Source: Pristiophorus japonicus (taxonomy: Eukaryota). Taken from it: 64,000 bases of DNA. The stretch lies in NCBI RefSeq assembly GCF_044704955.1, contig NC_091993.1:111104001-111168000 (forward strand). Reading direction: 5' to 3'. Each line of letters starts with the position of its first letter. The first letter of the stretch is position 1. Below are positions 1 to 11,265 of this stretch, in pieces. Made by a program: the position numbers and the translations under genes. Under the pieces are notes generated by a model, which saw only the letters and a program-made list of their open reading frames with translations, was not told the origin of the DNA and ran no database searches.

Positions 1-295
1 GACAGTTTCTGTAATGACTCACTTCAGAGATACAAATACAGCAATATCAATGATATTTGGAATATCTGCCTTTATAGTCATTACAGAAAATATTACCCTG
101 TCCCCTAGTCCATGACAAAACATGAATGAAGCAATATTCATGCAGAGGTAGCAGTGGACCTGTGGGCATTTTCACAATTTTGGAAGATCCTTTTTGCATT
201 CAGTTCAGGGCCGTTGTAAATCTTAAATATATTTGGGATAAAACTTGCTTGGAAACAAGATTTGCAAAATAAATTTGTGAACAATTGCCTTCCAG

Positions 296-1579
296 GTTGA
301 GTGGCTGAAGAAAAACAACTATGGAGGAGCGATGGTGTGGGATCTTGCTCTGGATGATTTCTCTGGTGCTTTCTGCAACCAGGGGCCTTACCCTCTCATT
401 AACAAACTGCACACCGGGCTTGGAATTTCTGCAGGTAAATGTCAGGATTATTTATACTTGGAGCTGATTACTTGTTGCTTACCACAAAGTCAGCATGGAA
501 AGCCATTAATGGCTAAAATCATTCAGAAATTGTTTGGATTACCTCAGTGTATTTCAAATTCAATACTTTTAAAGTGGCAAAAATTCTGACCACTAGAATA
601 TTGCTGAGCGTCTATGAGCATAAAGTTCCTCAGACAGGACGAGCAATGCAGCAAAATACTGAAACATGTATATGTGTTAACAGAATAAGACACAAATCCA
701 TGCTGGATGTTGCATCCAGTATGTAATGGCACTAAAAAATAGTGACGATGTGCATTGTAATATTGTGTCATTTAAAGGGACAATGTATTGCGATACAACT
801 TTACCAAGTTTTTTTTAAATGAAAGGAAGTTCAGTAACATCTGCCACAAATGTTGTGTATTCAAAACAGAAAATGCTGGCAGTACTCAGCAGGCCAGGCA
901 GCAGCTTTGGAGAGAGAAGCAGAGTTAACGTTTCAGGTCTGTGACTCTGTTTCTCTCTCTCTCTCCACAGATGCTGCCTGGTCTGCCGAGTGTTTCCAGA
1001 ATTTTCTCTTTAGATTTCAGATTCCAGATTCCAGCATCTGCAGTATTTTGCTGTTGGAGTAATGTTGTGTAACTTGACTTAAAATAGAACTATAATTAAA
1101 TCACACTTCAAATACACTCCAGACACAATGTGCCACATCACAAGATTTCCTCAGTGGCCCTTATTGAGCTGAACTTCACAAACATCTTGTTCCTGATAAC
1201 GCAAGGAACTGAGTTCACCCTGAAGATATTCAATGCAGCAACATCCCTTGAACTTGCAATGCTTAGCTTCAGTTGATATCAATTTTGAAGCAAGCAATGA
1301 ATGAATGAACTTTATTTCCTTCCAGCTTGTGTTCCATCGAAAACAACACTACGACCAAATGTTCCTCCTACTCATGTCCCCAGTGGTGGTGGCGGTGGCG
1401 GGAGTGGTGGTGGTGGCGGTGGTGGCAGTGGGTTCTGCGCTGGCAGATCTAACGGTACCTACCCTGATCCAAAGGATAAGAACAAATTTTATCAATGTGT
1501 CTATGGAGTGACCTACGAGAAGCATTGCGCTGTTGGATTAATCTTTGATACTTCCTGTAACTGTTGCAACTGGGCTTAA
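296..1579 (+). CDS. chia: GH18 acidic chitinase (CHIA-like), copy A, 3' part (exons 10-11)
   Basis: Exon 10 at 296-434 encodes [38 protein letters not shown]. Exon 11 at 1326-1579 encodes a Gly-rich hinge plus CBM14 [11 protein letters not shown]...FYQCVYG...[16 protein letters not shown] splice sites are present. Confidence 0.93.
863..1052. repeat. Palindromic (hairpin-forming) interspersed repeat in intron 10 (also at 22367-22556 and 43864-44053; half copy at ~16720-16860)
   Basis: aaaatgctggcagtactcagcaggccaggcagc...ggagagagaagcagag is followed by its imperfect reverse complement ctctgtttctctc...gctgcctggtctgccgagtgtttccagaatttt. Confidence 0.7.
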
Positions 1580-2104
1580 CGTGAAAGCAGAAGGTAAGCA
1601 TGATTATTATTCTAAGTAACCGATCAAAGCGGGCACCCTGCGTAAAACAATTATGTTCAGGTGGTGTAAAGTACCAGTGTAGTCTTCATTAGCAGCCCCT
1701 AAAGGAATACAGCTGGATTTGAAAGTAGACAGGTAAAAATAAACAAAATGCAGTTGGCTGGGTGTAAAATTTCAACACATCCTGACAATGTAGCAGCACA
1801 TTGAGTGCTGGCCACTGAGTTGTAGGTTCATTTATAGTTTCAGTTGGGTTGAAATGGGTGGAATAATGGGTGGTATGCCCCTGCAGTTCACAGTCACTGC
1901 AGCGCTGTGGTGTCATTGACTTCTGCAGTGACATTAGGGCACATTGACAAGACAGGGTTACTGAGTTATATTTGTGCCTAAGCTGTTTTTACACATGTTC
2001 CAGAAATTGGTTGCAAAGTGGAATTGGGCGGAGGTCTGTGAGTGAGTTTCTGGTCAGTCCAGTTGTGTGATGAACTTGTATTGTTGAAGGAGAAGAAAGG
2101 AGAG

Positions 2105-2336
2105 TGTAATGTATGCACCTGTGAGTCAGCTCACATGATGTAAACAAGCCTCACTAACCTCAGTCAGTCGATTCTAGGTCATCCATGATGAGGTATGCAG
2201 TTGTGAGCCCAGTGGATGAACTGGTAATGTGTAGAGTATTTATTAAACCTTTGTTAATAAACCAACTAGTTCTTAATAGCAATCTGTTGTTATGAATTCT
2301 TAAGCAAAGAAGCCATGAAATAATTTCTAATTTAAC
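2105..2336. repeat. Short LTR-like interspersed repeat; related copy at 19338-19527
   Basis: Both copies start tgtaatgtatgcacctgtgagt and share atccatgatgagg...gttgtgagcc.agtgg.tgaactggtaatgtgt. The right end is uncertain. Confidence 0.45.
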
Positions 2337-2440
2337 ATTAAGAAATAGACATAATATATAAGTTGTTTGTATGCATCTGATGTCACATTAAAATATTATT
2401 GTTCAATAAGAGAACACAAAGATGCTCTTTATTTTTCCAG

Positions 2441-2620
2441 CCTGCAATCAATCTTTGTTGAATACCGATGAGGCTGTAACTGGCCTTCAGTTTAATTACG
2501 GAAATGACACCACTTTGCGGATAAAGACCATTAAACTACAACATCTAATTTGTCTCAACTGAAGATAGCAATTGCAGTTAAAGCAGCAAAATAAAATAAT
2601 TGATTCCTGAAGATAACAGT
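2441..2620 (+). other. Putative non-coding terminal (3'UTR) exon and poly(A) signal of copy A
   Basis: Donor AAG|GTAAGC at 1594, acceptor ctctttatttttccAG ending at 2440, AATAAA at 2590-2595 followed by the GT-rich tract ttacttgtgttttgttt. Confidence 0.55.
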
Positions 2621-3409
2621 TTACTTGTGTTTTGTTTATAAATTAAATGCAACAATTTTTGGTGAAAAGAATTTTGCTGCATGAATCCACTTCTGATGTA
2701 ACTGTTAACTGCAGAAGCAGCATTTCAAACCTTCACACAAACTCAAATCACAGCAATCTGATGTCTATAGGGATTCCTGCACTTCACAGGGAAAATATTG
2801 TTGGGTTCGCCTCAGGAAGGAAAACTGGACTTAACTGAGTTTTCGTATTCTGCTTTCTACCAACTTTAATCCTGTTTCCACTATAAATTGATACCAATCA
2901 TTTACATAGTGGATTGACTAAGTGTTTGGGAGACAGATACTGGCGATGGAGGGTTGTGGGACAGGGTGGGGGTTGGGGAGAGGATTTTAATTGCCAGCAG
3001 CTTTCTGATTCACATCTGCCTGTGGCAAAATGCGGCTACATTATGATTGATGCTGCTTTCTCTTGTCTGTGCAGGATATAGGTGCAAGCTACAGAGTATT
3101 GTGCCAATGTATTTATCCACCCCTCCACCTGAAGGTTTGTGTGTGGTGCAAGTAACTATGAGACAAAGGGAATTAAAAATCCAAAACAAAATAGCAGAAA
3201 ATCTTCATTCCAAGATTGCATCTCATTTTATTTTGTTTTTGTGCTCAAGGAAAGAGAAGTGTTACAGAGAGAGCAAAGGAATACAGGGGAAACAAGACAG
3301 CTTGAACAAATCAAGCAGGATCATTGTTTACTGTGTCCAGAGACTGATTAGAAAATCACACAAATATTATGCTCAGGTTCTTAGTTGACACCATTGCACC
3401 TGTTTCCAG

Positions 3410-3568
3410 TCCCACCCACCCCTTCCTTCGACGACTCTCTGTTCCACCTGTGACAGAGTCTGTGGCTCTTGTATTGGACTGTTCAGCTACCAAAGAACTC
3501 ACTTCAGGAGTGGAAGCAAGTCTTCCTCGATTCTGAGGGACTGCCAATGATGATGATGATGATGATGT
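3410..3568 (+). mobile_element. RTE 3'-end fragment with (gat)n tail (also at ~24913-25071 and ~46413-46571)
   Basis: Reverse-complement homolog of 14286-14440, ending gggactgccaatgatgatgatgatgatgatg. Confidence 0.8.
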
Positions 3569-4056
3569 TTCTATTGACAAATACTCAAATTATTCAATGG
3601 TCTCTGATTCTCTGCTACTTTTTTTTAGTCATGAAACAACTTTTCTCTTAGACAAGTAATTTATCAAACAATCAGTTTAATAAAATGAAAATATAGCTGT
3701 GCTTACTGACAGCGCAATCTTACACAGCCACATTGAATTCCGATAAATACAATGACGGCCTAGCAGATTATCAAGTTCATTTTCATTTTACGTGCTTTTA
3801 ATTTTCATTTATAGTTTGAGGCAATGTGTTGCAATCAAATCTATTTATTACTGTTACATTAATTAAGTAATAAATCTGATGGTAGGATTATCCCCAATAC
3901 ACTGGTAATATTTACTACGAACATTTGGACCAACATATAATCTGTCAGGCTTGCTTTGGCACCCTGCCTCCAAATTGCCTCCAGAAATAGTAGTTGTAGT
4001 AATGGTGGTTGGAGTGGTGGTAGTGGGAATAGTGGTTATAGGTGGTGATGCTGTAC

Positions 4057-5000
4057 TGTTAGAAATTTAAGACTATCTCTGGTCACTTTAATAATCAGGA
4101 TCGACTGTAAAACCAATCTGGTGGATATATTGTGCTTAATCAGAGGTTAAGACGGAATATAACACATTAGTTTTATAGCAAAAACATACAACCGTAACAG
4201 GTAGTTGATACCGATTCTGACCGGACAAATGGCTGGCGCATGTGAGCAGTTCCCTGGCTTGCAGTCTCTTTCTCTCATCTCGAGCTTCCTTCGGTGAAGC
4301 ATGGGATCAGTCTCGAAAAGTGTTCGACCAGCTAAACTTCTGTTTCGCCCTTCCCTCATACCACCTTTGAGATCAATCTTGAGGAGGCTACTTTTATTCC
4401 ATTTTTAGGGGTGGGCCTGACCCTGGATATTGACAAGACCTTTTGACCTTTAGAGGTTTCTCTAAAAACTTACTATCCAATAAGACTTCTAGTTCTTTGC
4501 CTCGATTCTTGTTTCAAGAACCCGCCTAAAAGATGTCTTATTTTGGCCACGTGTCACTCTGCACTAACACAGGGTTTCTTCCTGTGGAAATCACTCTCAT
4601 CTCTCTCTTCCTGATCCTCTCCTTTGATCCCATGAAGCCAAATCATAAAACTGCTCGTTATCTCTTTTACGACGTAGCTACATTTTTATGTTAACACTCT
4701 CAACTTCCATCCATTATTTTCGCCAGCAGTTTTGTTAAGGCAACTTCAAACTCTACCCTTCGTATTATACATAAAATACATAAACAAGGTTCAAGTCTTA
4801 CCTTAAAAGCAACAGATAATCACATAGCAACAGGGATGGTACATAGTACAAAGAACTATACCCTCCATTTCTAAGCATGTCTCTGATTCGAATAGACAGT
4901 CCGTCTGCAGTTTAAAACAATGAATTAAACACAGCATTCGTATCAGTTTTATACATTCGTAACAGTTTTATACATTTTTAGGCATCCCTGATTTCTAACA
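4057..5000. mobile_element. Solo-LTR-like insertion, 944 bp
   Basis: TG...CA ends with a perfect 10-bp inverted repeat (tgttagaaat/atttctaaca) and a 4-bp target-site duplication GTAC at 4053-4056 and 5001-5004. Confidence 0.8.
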
Positions 5001-6391
5001 GTACCTGATGGTAGCTCACATTCTGTAAAACAAAATGTGAATAGTATTTTAATGATTTGGATTTGATTATGTTGATTAAGATTTTCATTCTCTTGTCATA
5101 CTCGGTTGACCTCGCACATAAATACATTGTGAGAACAGGACAAGTGGGCACAAAGTCCGAGAATGCAAATTCAGGCCTGATATCGCAAATTTATCCTTCA
5201 CAACAATTTACACTTACATAGCACCTTGAATGGAAAATATGCTGCACAGAGTCAGAAAACGATATTGAGCAGCAGCAGGAGAAACATCTGGAGGTGACTG
5301 AGGCCATGGCGAAAGAGGAAGGATTTGAGGCTCTGTAGAGGGACAGGATGAAGAAGGCTTTAGGAACAGAGCTCCAGAGTGTAGGGCCAAGACAATTGAA
5401 TGGACTGCCATTGTAGGTGGATTGGAGGAAGGGAGAATACAGAGACAAGAGCTGGACGAGTAGAGGATGCATGTGAGCACGTTGGCCTGAAGGAGGTTGC
5501 AGAGGAAGAATGGGTTGAGGCCATGGAGGGATTTGTAAATCAGGTTGAGAACTTTGCTTTTGCATTTGACACAACACCTTCTCCCAACTAACTTACACCA
5601 TCATTTGTAATTTACAATCTCGACATATTGATAGAGCTTGACATTGCCATTATTTGTGTAATATTTAACTGTTTGCAATAATACTACACAATCTCCCATG
5701 ACATTGCACACGGGCAGTGAAGACCAAGTGTAGCCTTTCGGCAGGAGCTGGGTTAGCGGGTGGGGATAATTGGACCAGGGACCGCTGATGCAATGCGGTC
5801 CTCAATGAAAGTCATGCATTATGTCATTTTCATAAAAATACTTTTGTTTTATATTAATTATAGTAAAACAGAAAAAATTATGACAAATTTGAAGGAGAGA
5901 AGTAGAGTTTGTCAGTACAGAAGTGTTTCTCTGCAGTGCAGCTGAGGAATGGAGATGCCGATCAGAGGCGTATCAGCGCCACCACTGATGGGAGTGTGTA
6001 ATTACAGTCTGAGAAGTTGATAGAGGCAGTTTCCTTTAGAACTGTGGACAGGGGAGTTTAAAATGGAAAAGGTAGGCACGAGCATGAGAACAAGAAGCGA
6101 GGCTTTGCATACAGGAAATGCATGCAGACATAAGGTTTGTTAACAGATTATAGATAGGAGCAATAGGATACATGTTAAAAATAATCTCTTTACCAATATC
6201 TCTTCACTTTAAATAATCAGGTTTGAGTGCAATCCAATATGGTGGGTAGATTGTGTTTAAGACGAAATATCACACATTAGTTATACAGCAAAACATATGA
6301 CCGTGACGAGTATCTGACACCAATCTGATCGTACAGATGTTTGACACACTTGACCATCATCATCATAGGCAGTCCCTTGGAATCGAGGAAA

Positions 6392-7010
6392 CACAGAAAC
6401 ATAGAAAATAGATGCAGGAGTAGGCCATTCGGCCCTTCGAGCCTGCATCGCCATTCAATAAGATCATGGCTGATCATTCCTTCAGTACCCCTTTCCTGCT
6501 TTCCCTCCATACCCGTTGATCCCCTTAGCCGTAAGGGCCATATCTAACTCCCTCTTGAATATATCCAATGAACTGGCATCAACAACTCTCTGCGACAGGG
6601 AATTCCACAGGTTAACAACTTTCTGAGTGAAGAAGTTTCTCCTCATCTCAGTCCTAAATGGCCTACCCCTTATCCTAAGACTATGTCCCCTGGTTCTGGA
6701 CTTCCCCAACATCGGGAACATTCTTCCCGCATCTAACCTGTCCAGTCCCGTCAGAATCTTATACGTTTCTATGAGATCCCTTCTCATTCTTCTAAACTCC
6801 AGTGAATAGAGGCCCAGTTGATCCAGTCTCTCCTCATATGACAGTTCAGCCATCCCTGGAATTAGTCTGGTGAACCTTCGCTGCACTCCCGCAATAGCAA
6901 GAATGTCCTTCCTCAGATTAGGAGACCAAAACTGAACACAATATTCCAGGTGAGGCCTCATTAAGGCCCTGTACAACTGCAGTAAGACCTCCCTGCTCCA
7001 ATACTCAAAT
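6392..7010 (-). mobile_element. CR1 LINE 3' fragment (also at ~27895-28513 and ~49396-50014)
   Basis: ORF 6482-7108 (-) contains the CR1 ORF2 C-terminus (LYRALMRPHLEYCVQFWSP...TRGHSLRI...FFTQKVVNLWNSL), followed by a 3'UTR with a tttctatg-type tail. Confidence 0.9.
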
Positions 7011-8172
7011 CGCTGAGGGGATTTGTAGGATCTTGCGGAGACATCGCTGGTGGTATTACTCCAGCGACTTGAGGTGTCTATTGCACATGGTGCACGTCTC
7101 TGAGCCATACAGGAGGGTGGGTATTACCACAGCCCAGTAGACCATGAGCTTGGTGACAGTTTTGAGGGCTTGATCTTCAAACACTCTCTTCCTCAGGCAG
7201 CCGAAGGCTGCACTGGCGCACTGGAGGCGGTGTTGGATCTCGTCGTCACTGTCTGCCCTTGTTGCTAGGAGGCTCCCAAGATAAGAGAAGTGGTCTACGT
7301 TGTCCAGGGCCGCGCCGTGGATCTTGATGATTGGGGGGTAATGCTATCCGCTGAGGATAGGCTGGTGGAGGACCTTTGACTTACTGATGTTTAGCGTAAG
7401 GCCCATGCTTTCATACGCCTCGGTAAATACGTCGACTATGTCCTGGAGTTCACCCTCTGTGTGTGCACAGACGCAGGTGCCGTCCGCATACTGTAGCTCG
7501 ATGACAGAGGTTGGAGTAGTCTTGGGCCTGGCCTGGAGATGGCGAAGGTTGAACAGCTTCCCACTGGTTCTGTAGTTTAGTTCCACTCCAGCGTGGAGCT
7601 CGTCAACTGTGAGGTGGAGCATGGCAGCGCGGAAGATTGAGAAGAGGGTTGGAGCGAAGACGCAGCCCTGCTTCACCCCGGTCCAGATGTGGATTGGGTC
7701 TGTGATGGATCCGTTGGTAAGGACCATGGCCTGCATGTCGTCATGTGGTAACGTACTTTTAGGGGCATCCGAAACAGAGGAGGACGCTCCATGGACCCTC
7801 GCGGTTGACAGTGTCAAAGGCCTTTGTAAGGTCGAAGAAGGCCATGTATAAGGGCTGGCGCTGTACCCTGCATTTTTCCTGCAGCTGTCGTGCTGCAAAG
7901 TTCATGTCCGTTGTGCCCCAGAGGGGATGAAATCTGCACTGCAACTCCGGGAGCAGCTCTTCGGCCATGGGGAGAAGATGGTTGAGGAGGACTCTCGCGA
8001 CAACTTTCCCAGTGGCTGATAGCAGGGCAATTCCTCTGTAGTTGCCGCAGTCCGACTTGTCCCCTTTTTCAAAGATGGTCACAATTACTGCATCTCTAAA
8101 ATCTCCCGGCATGCACTCCACCCTCCAGACGAGAGAGATGAGGTTGTGTATTCGCCTCAGCAGGGATTCCAT
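7011..8172 (-). mobile_element. RTE-clade LINE reverse-transcriptase fragment, frameshifted (also at ~28514-29675 and ~50015-51176)
   Basis: Motifs KGDKSDCGNYRGIALLS, AFFDLTKAFDTVNRE, GVKQGCVFAPTLFSIF and ELQYADG. The (cat)n tail remnant lies at 6355-6391. Confidence 0.88.
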
Positions 8173-9346
8173 CCACTCCCGTAGCTTGTTTGTTAGCTGC
8201 CTTTCAACCTCTTCCTTGCAGCCTCTTTCTCTTAATCTAAAGCTTACTTTGCTTTCTCTCTCTCTTCTATCTGTGAGCTCCCTTTTCCCTCTCTTACTTC
8301 CGTCTGTAAGGCTAAGCTTCTGGGAGGTCACATTTAACCTATTTTTAGGGGTGGGCCTGAACCGGGATATTGACCAGACCTTTTGACCTATAGAGGTTTC
8401 CCTAAAACTTTAATACCCAATGGCGTATTGTGTTCTTTGTCTCGATTCTTGTGTCAAAGCCTGTCATTAATATTTTGGCAACACTTCCTTCTCTGTTTAC
8501 ACTTTCCCAGGCTTCGTTCTTTGAAATTCGTATCTTATGTCTTTCGTCCTTATCCTGCCTTTTGATCTCATGAGGCCCAAGCCAGAAACCTGTTCGCTTC
8601 AGAGTGTTACCTCCTTTATGACATAACAAATTGTCCTGTGTTTACGCTAAATTCTACCAAACTTCCTTCCATTATCTTTGCAAGCAGTTCTGTTAATCAA
8701 ACTTCAAATCCTACCTTAGCATTGTACATAAAATACATAAACAAGGCTCAAGTCTTAACTTAATAAAACAACAGATAATCGCTCAGCAACAGAGAGAATG
8801 TTTCTAGTACAAAGAACCCACGCCATCCACCGGAAACCAAGACATTAGCATTTCTAAGCATCGATCTGGTCCGAAGAGACTTTTTATCTGCAATTTGAAC
8901 ATCAGAGTTTAAACACAGCATTTTTTCACAACACAGCTTTAATCGCATAACCATATGCATTTTTAGGCATCTATAGTTTCTAACATGCAGTTCAGTTTTA
9001 GTTGGGTTACATATAATAATTAATCCAAACCATTGAGGAGCATCAATGTGTTGATCAAAGGGCAAGTTCCGTCATTGAATTTACTTCCACTGAAATCATC
9101 CAGATCCAAAGCCCACACCATGGCACCGCAAAATTTGTTACCCTTCAGCCATTGAGCCGACAGTTAAAAAGATACTAAAATACAATTGAGAAGTGCTTTT
9201 TGTTAAATAAAATTAACATTTTATTGAAAATCTAATGCTTTTCCTGCTAAAATACTGCATGGGTTAAAAACTGATATATAGAAGGTGCTCGAATGACTGG
9301 GTGTACTTAAAGCGGATAAGTCACCAGGACTGAATGGGATGCATTC

Positions 9347-10700
9347 AAGGATGTCATAGCAGCGCATTTGGAAAGAGGTAATATGATAGGTTCAAGTCAG
9401 CATGGATTTGTGAAAGGGAAATCATGCTTGACAAATCTTCTGGAATTTTTTGAGGATGTTTCCAGTAGAGTGGACAAGGGAGAACCAGTTGATGTGGTAT
9501 ATTTGGACTTTCAGAAGGCTTTCGACAAGGTCCCACACAAGAGATTAATGTGCAAAGTTAAAGCACATGGGATTGGGGGTAGTGTGCTGACATGGATTGA
9601 GAACTGGTTGTCAGACAGGAAGCAAAGAGTAGGAGTAAATGGGGATTTTTCAGAATGGCAGGCAGTGACTAGTGGGGTACCGCAAGGTTCTGTGCTGGGG
9701 CCCCAGCTGTTTACACTGTACATTAATGATTTCGACGAGGGGATTAAATGTAGTATCTCCAAATTTGCGGATGACACTAAGTTGGGTGGCAGTGTGAGCT
9801 GCAAGGAGGATTCTATAAGGCTGCAGAGTGACTTGGATAGGTTAGGTGAGTGGGCAAATGCATGGCAGATGAAGTATAATGTGGATAAATGTGAGGTTAT
9901 CCACTTTGGTGGTAAAAACAGAGAGACAGACTATTATCTGATTGGTGACAGATTCGGAAAAGGGGAGGTGCAAAGAGACCTGGGTGTCATGGTACATCAG
10001 TCATTGAAGGTTGGCATGCAGGTACAGCAGGCGGTTAAGAAAGCAAATGGCATGTTGGCCTTCATAGCGAGGGGATTTGAGTACAAGGACAGGGAGGTGT
10101 TGCTACAATTGTACAGGGCCTTGGTGAGGCCACACCTGGAGTATTGTGTACAGTTTTGGTCTCCTAACCTGAGGAAGGACATTCTTGCTATTGAGGGAGT
10201 GCAGCGAAGGTTCACCAGACTGATTCCCGGGATGGCGGGACTGACCTATCAAGAAAGACTGGATCAACTGGGCTTGTATTCACCGGAGTTCAGAAGAATG
10301 AGAGGGGACCTCATAGAAACGTTTAAAATTCTGACGGGGTTAGACAGGTTAGATGCAGGAAGAATGTTCCCAATGTTGGGGAAGTCCAGAACCAGGGGAC
10401 ACAGTCTAAGGATAAGGGGGAAGCCATTTAGGACCGAGATGAGGAGGAATTTCTTCACCCAGAGAGTGGTGAACCTGTGGAATTCTCTACCACAGAAAGT
10501 TGTTGAGGCCAATTCACTAAATATATTCAAAAAGGAGTTAGATGAAGTCCTTACTACTAGGGGAATCAAGGGGTATGGTGAGAAAGCAGGAATGGGGTAC
10601 TGAAGTTGCATGTTCAGCCATGAACTCATTGAATGGCGGTGCAGGCTAGAAGGGCCGAATGGCCTACTCCTGCACCTATTTTCTATCCATGTTTCTATGT
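9347..10700 (+). mobile_element. CR1 LINE, 5'-truncated and chimeric; open 411-codon RT/C-terminal frame at 9368-10603
   Basis: Motifs QHGFVKGKSCLTNL, YLDFQKAFDKVPH, SGVPQGSVLGP and KFADDTKL, followed by a CR1 3'UTR and tttctat tail. Confidence 0.93.
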
Positions 10701-11118
10701 TATGATGAACCTTTATAAAACACTGGTTCGGCCTTAACTGGAGTATTGTGTCCAATTGTGGGAACTGCAGTTTAGGAACAATGTGAAGGCCTTAGAGGGG
10801 GTGCAGAAAAGATTTACAAGACTGATTCCAGGAATGAGGGACTTCAGTTACGTGGATAGACTGGAGAAGCTGGGGTTGCTCTACTTCGAGCAGGGAAAGC
10901 TGAGAGGAAATTTGATACAGGTGTTCAAAATCTTGAGGGGTCGAGATAGAGTAGATAGAGAGAAATTGTTCCCATTGGCAGAATGACCGAGACCAGAGGA
11001 CACAGATTTAAGGTGATTGGCAGAAGAACCAAAGGCGACATGAGGAAAAACCTTTTTTCGCAGTGGGTGGTCAGGATCTGGAATTCACTTCCTGAAAGGG
11101 TGATGGGGGCAGATGCAA
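10701..11118 (+). mobile_element. 3' segment of the older CR1 (also at ~32203-32620 and ~56685-57102)
   Basis: Degenerate ORF2 C-terminus: ALEGVQKRFTRLIPGM...TRGHRFKV...VVRIWNSLP. Confidence 0.8.
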
Positions 11119-11265
11119 TTCCGATGCCGAGCCTGCCTACAGGTCGGTCTGGGGATGGTGGGGGAGTGAAGCTACTGGGTGCGGGACTGGACCGGCAATA
11201 ATGTTGTGGAGCCAGGAGCAGCACGTTACCCTCCTGGGCCAACAGAACAACTGGGTGGAGCCAAC

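Larger units (their letters stand above)
6173..8985. mobile_element. Second, related solo-LTR-like element, interrupted by RTE and CR1 fragments (also at 27676-30488 and 49177-51989)
   Basis: 6173-6354 and ~8173-8985 are colinear with the 4057-5000 element. Shared strings include tgtta..aat, tttttaggggtgggcctga, tacataaaatacataaacaagg and tttctaaca. Flanks are taca/tgca. Confidence 0.7.
3863..9157 (-). pseudogene. Inverted chitinase pseudogene fragment (exon 10 and exon 11 equivalents), unit 1
   Basis: 9157-9011 (-) reads AQWLKGNKFCGAMVWALDLDDFSGSKFNDGTCPLINTL, with the acceptor reading CG instead of AG. 5022-3863 (-), after removing the LTR at 4057-5000, reads CELPSGTASPPITTIPTTTTPTTITTTTISGGNLEAGCQSKPDRLYVGPNVRSKYYQCIG...*. 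Confidence 0.88.

Noticed and set aside
1382-1432. GGT/GGC repeat as an unstable microsatellite
   Set aside because: It encodes the Gly/Ser hinge typical of CHIA-type chitinases and has the same length in A, B and C.
1893-1932. 10-bp inverted repeat gtcactgcag...ctgcagtgac as a structured RNA
   Set aside because: Short, with no other support; identity across units reflects recent duplication rather than conservation.
3081-3104. GASYRVLC resembling the chitinase exon-3 start GSAYRLVC, near an acceptor-like sequence
   Set aside because: Only 8 residues match and the following sequence lacks YFTNWAQYR, so it cannot be distinguished from chance.
5161-5800. Minus-strand donor-like sites (gtaagt near 5217 and 5596) as extra pseudogene exons
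   Set aside because: The adjacent translations show no chitinase similarity, and the region looks partly L2-derived.
9368-10603. 411-aa open RT frame as a domesticated gene or an RT-chitinase system
   Set aside because: It is a 5'-truncated CR1 ORF2 with no endonuclease domain and a non-ATG start, and the equivalent copies in units 2 and 3 carry stops and frameshifts. An ordinary young LINE relic.
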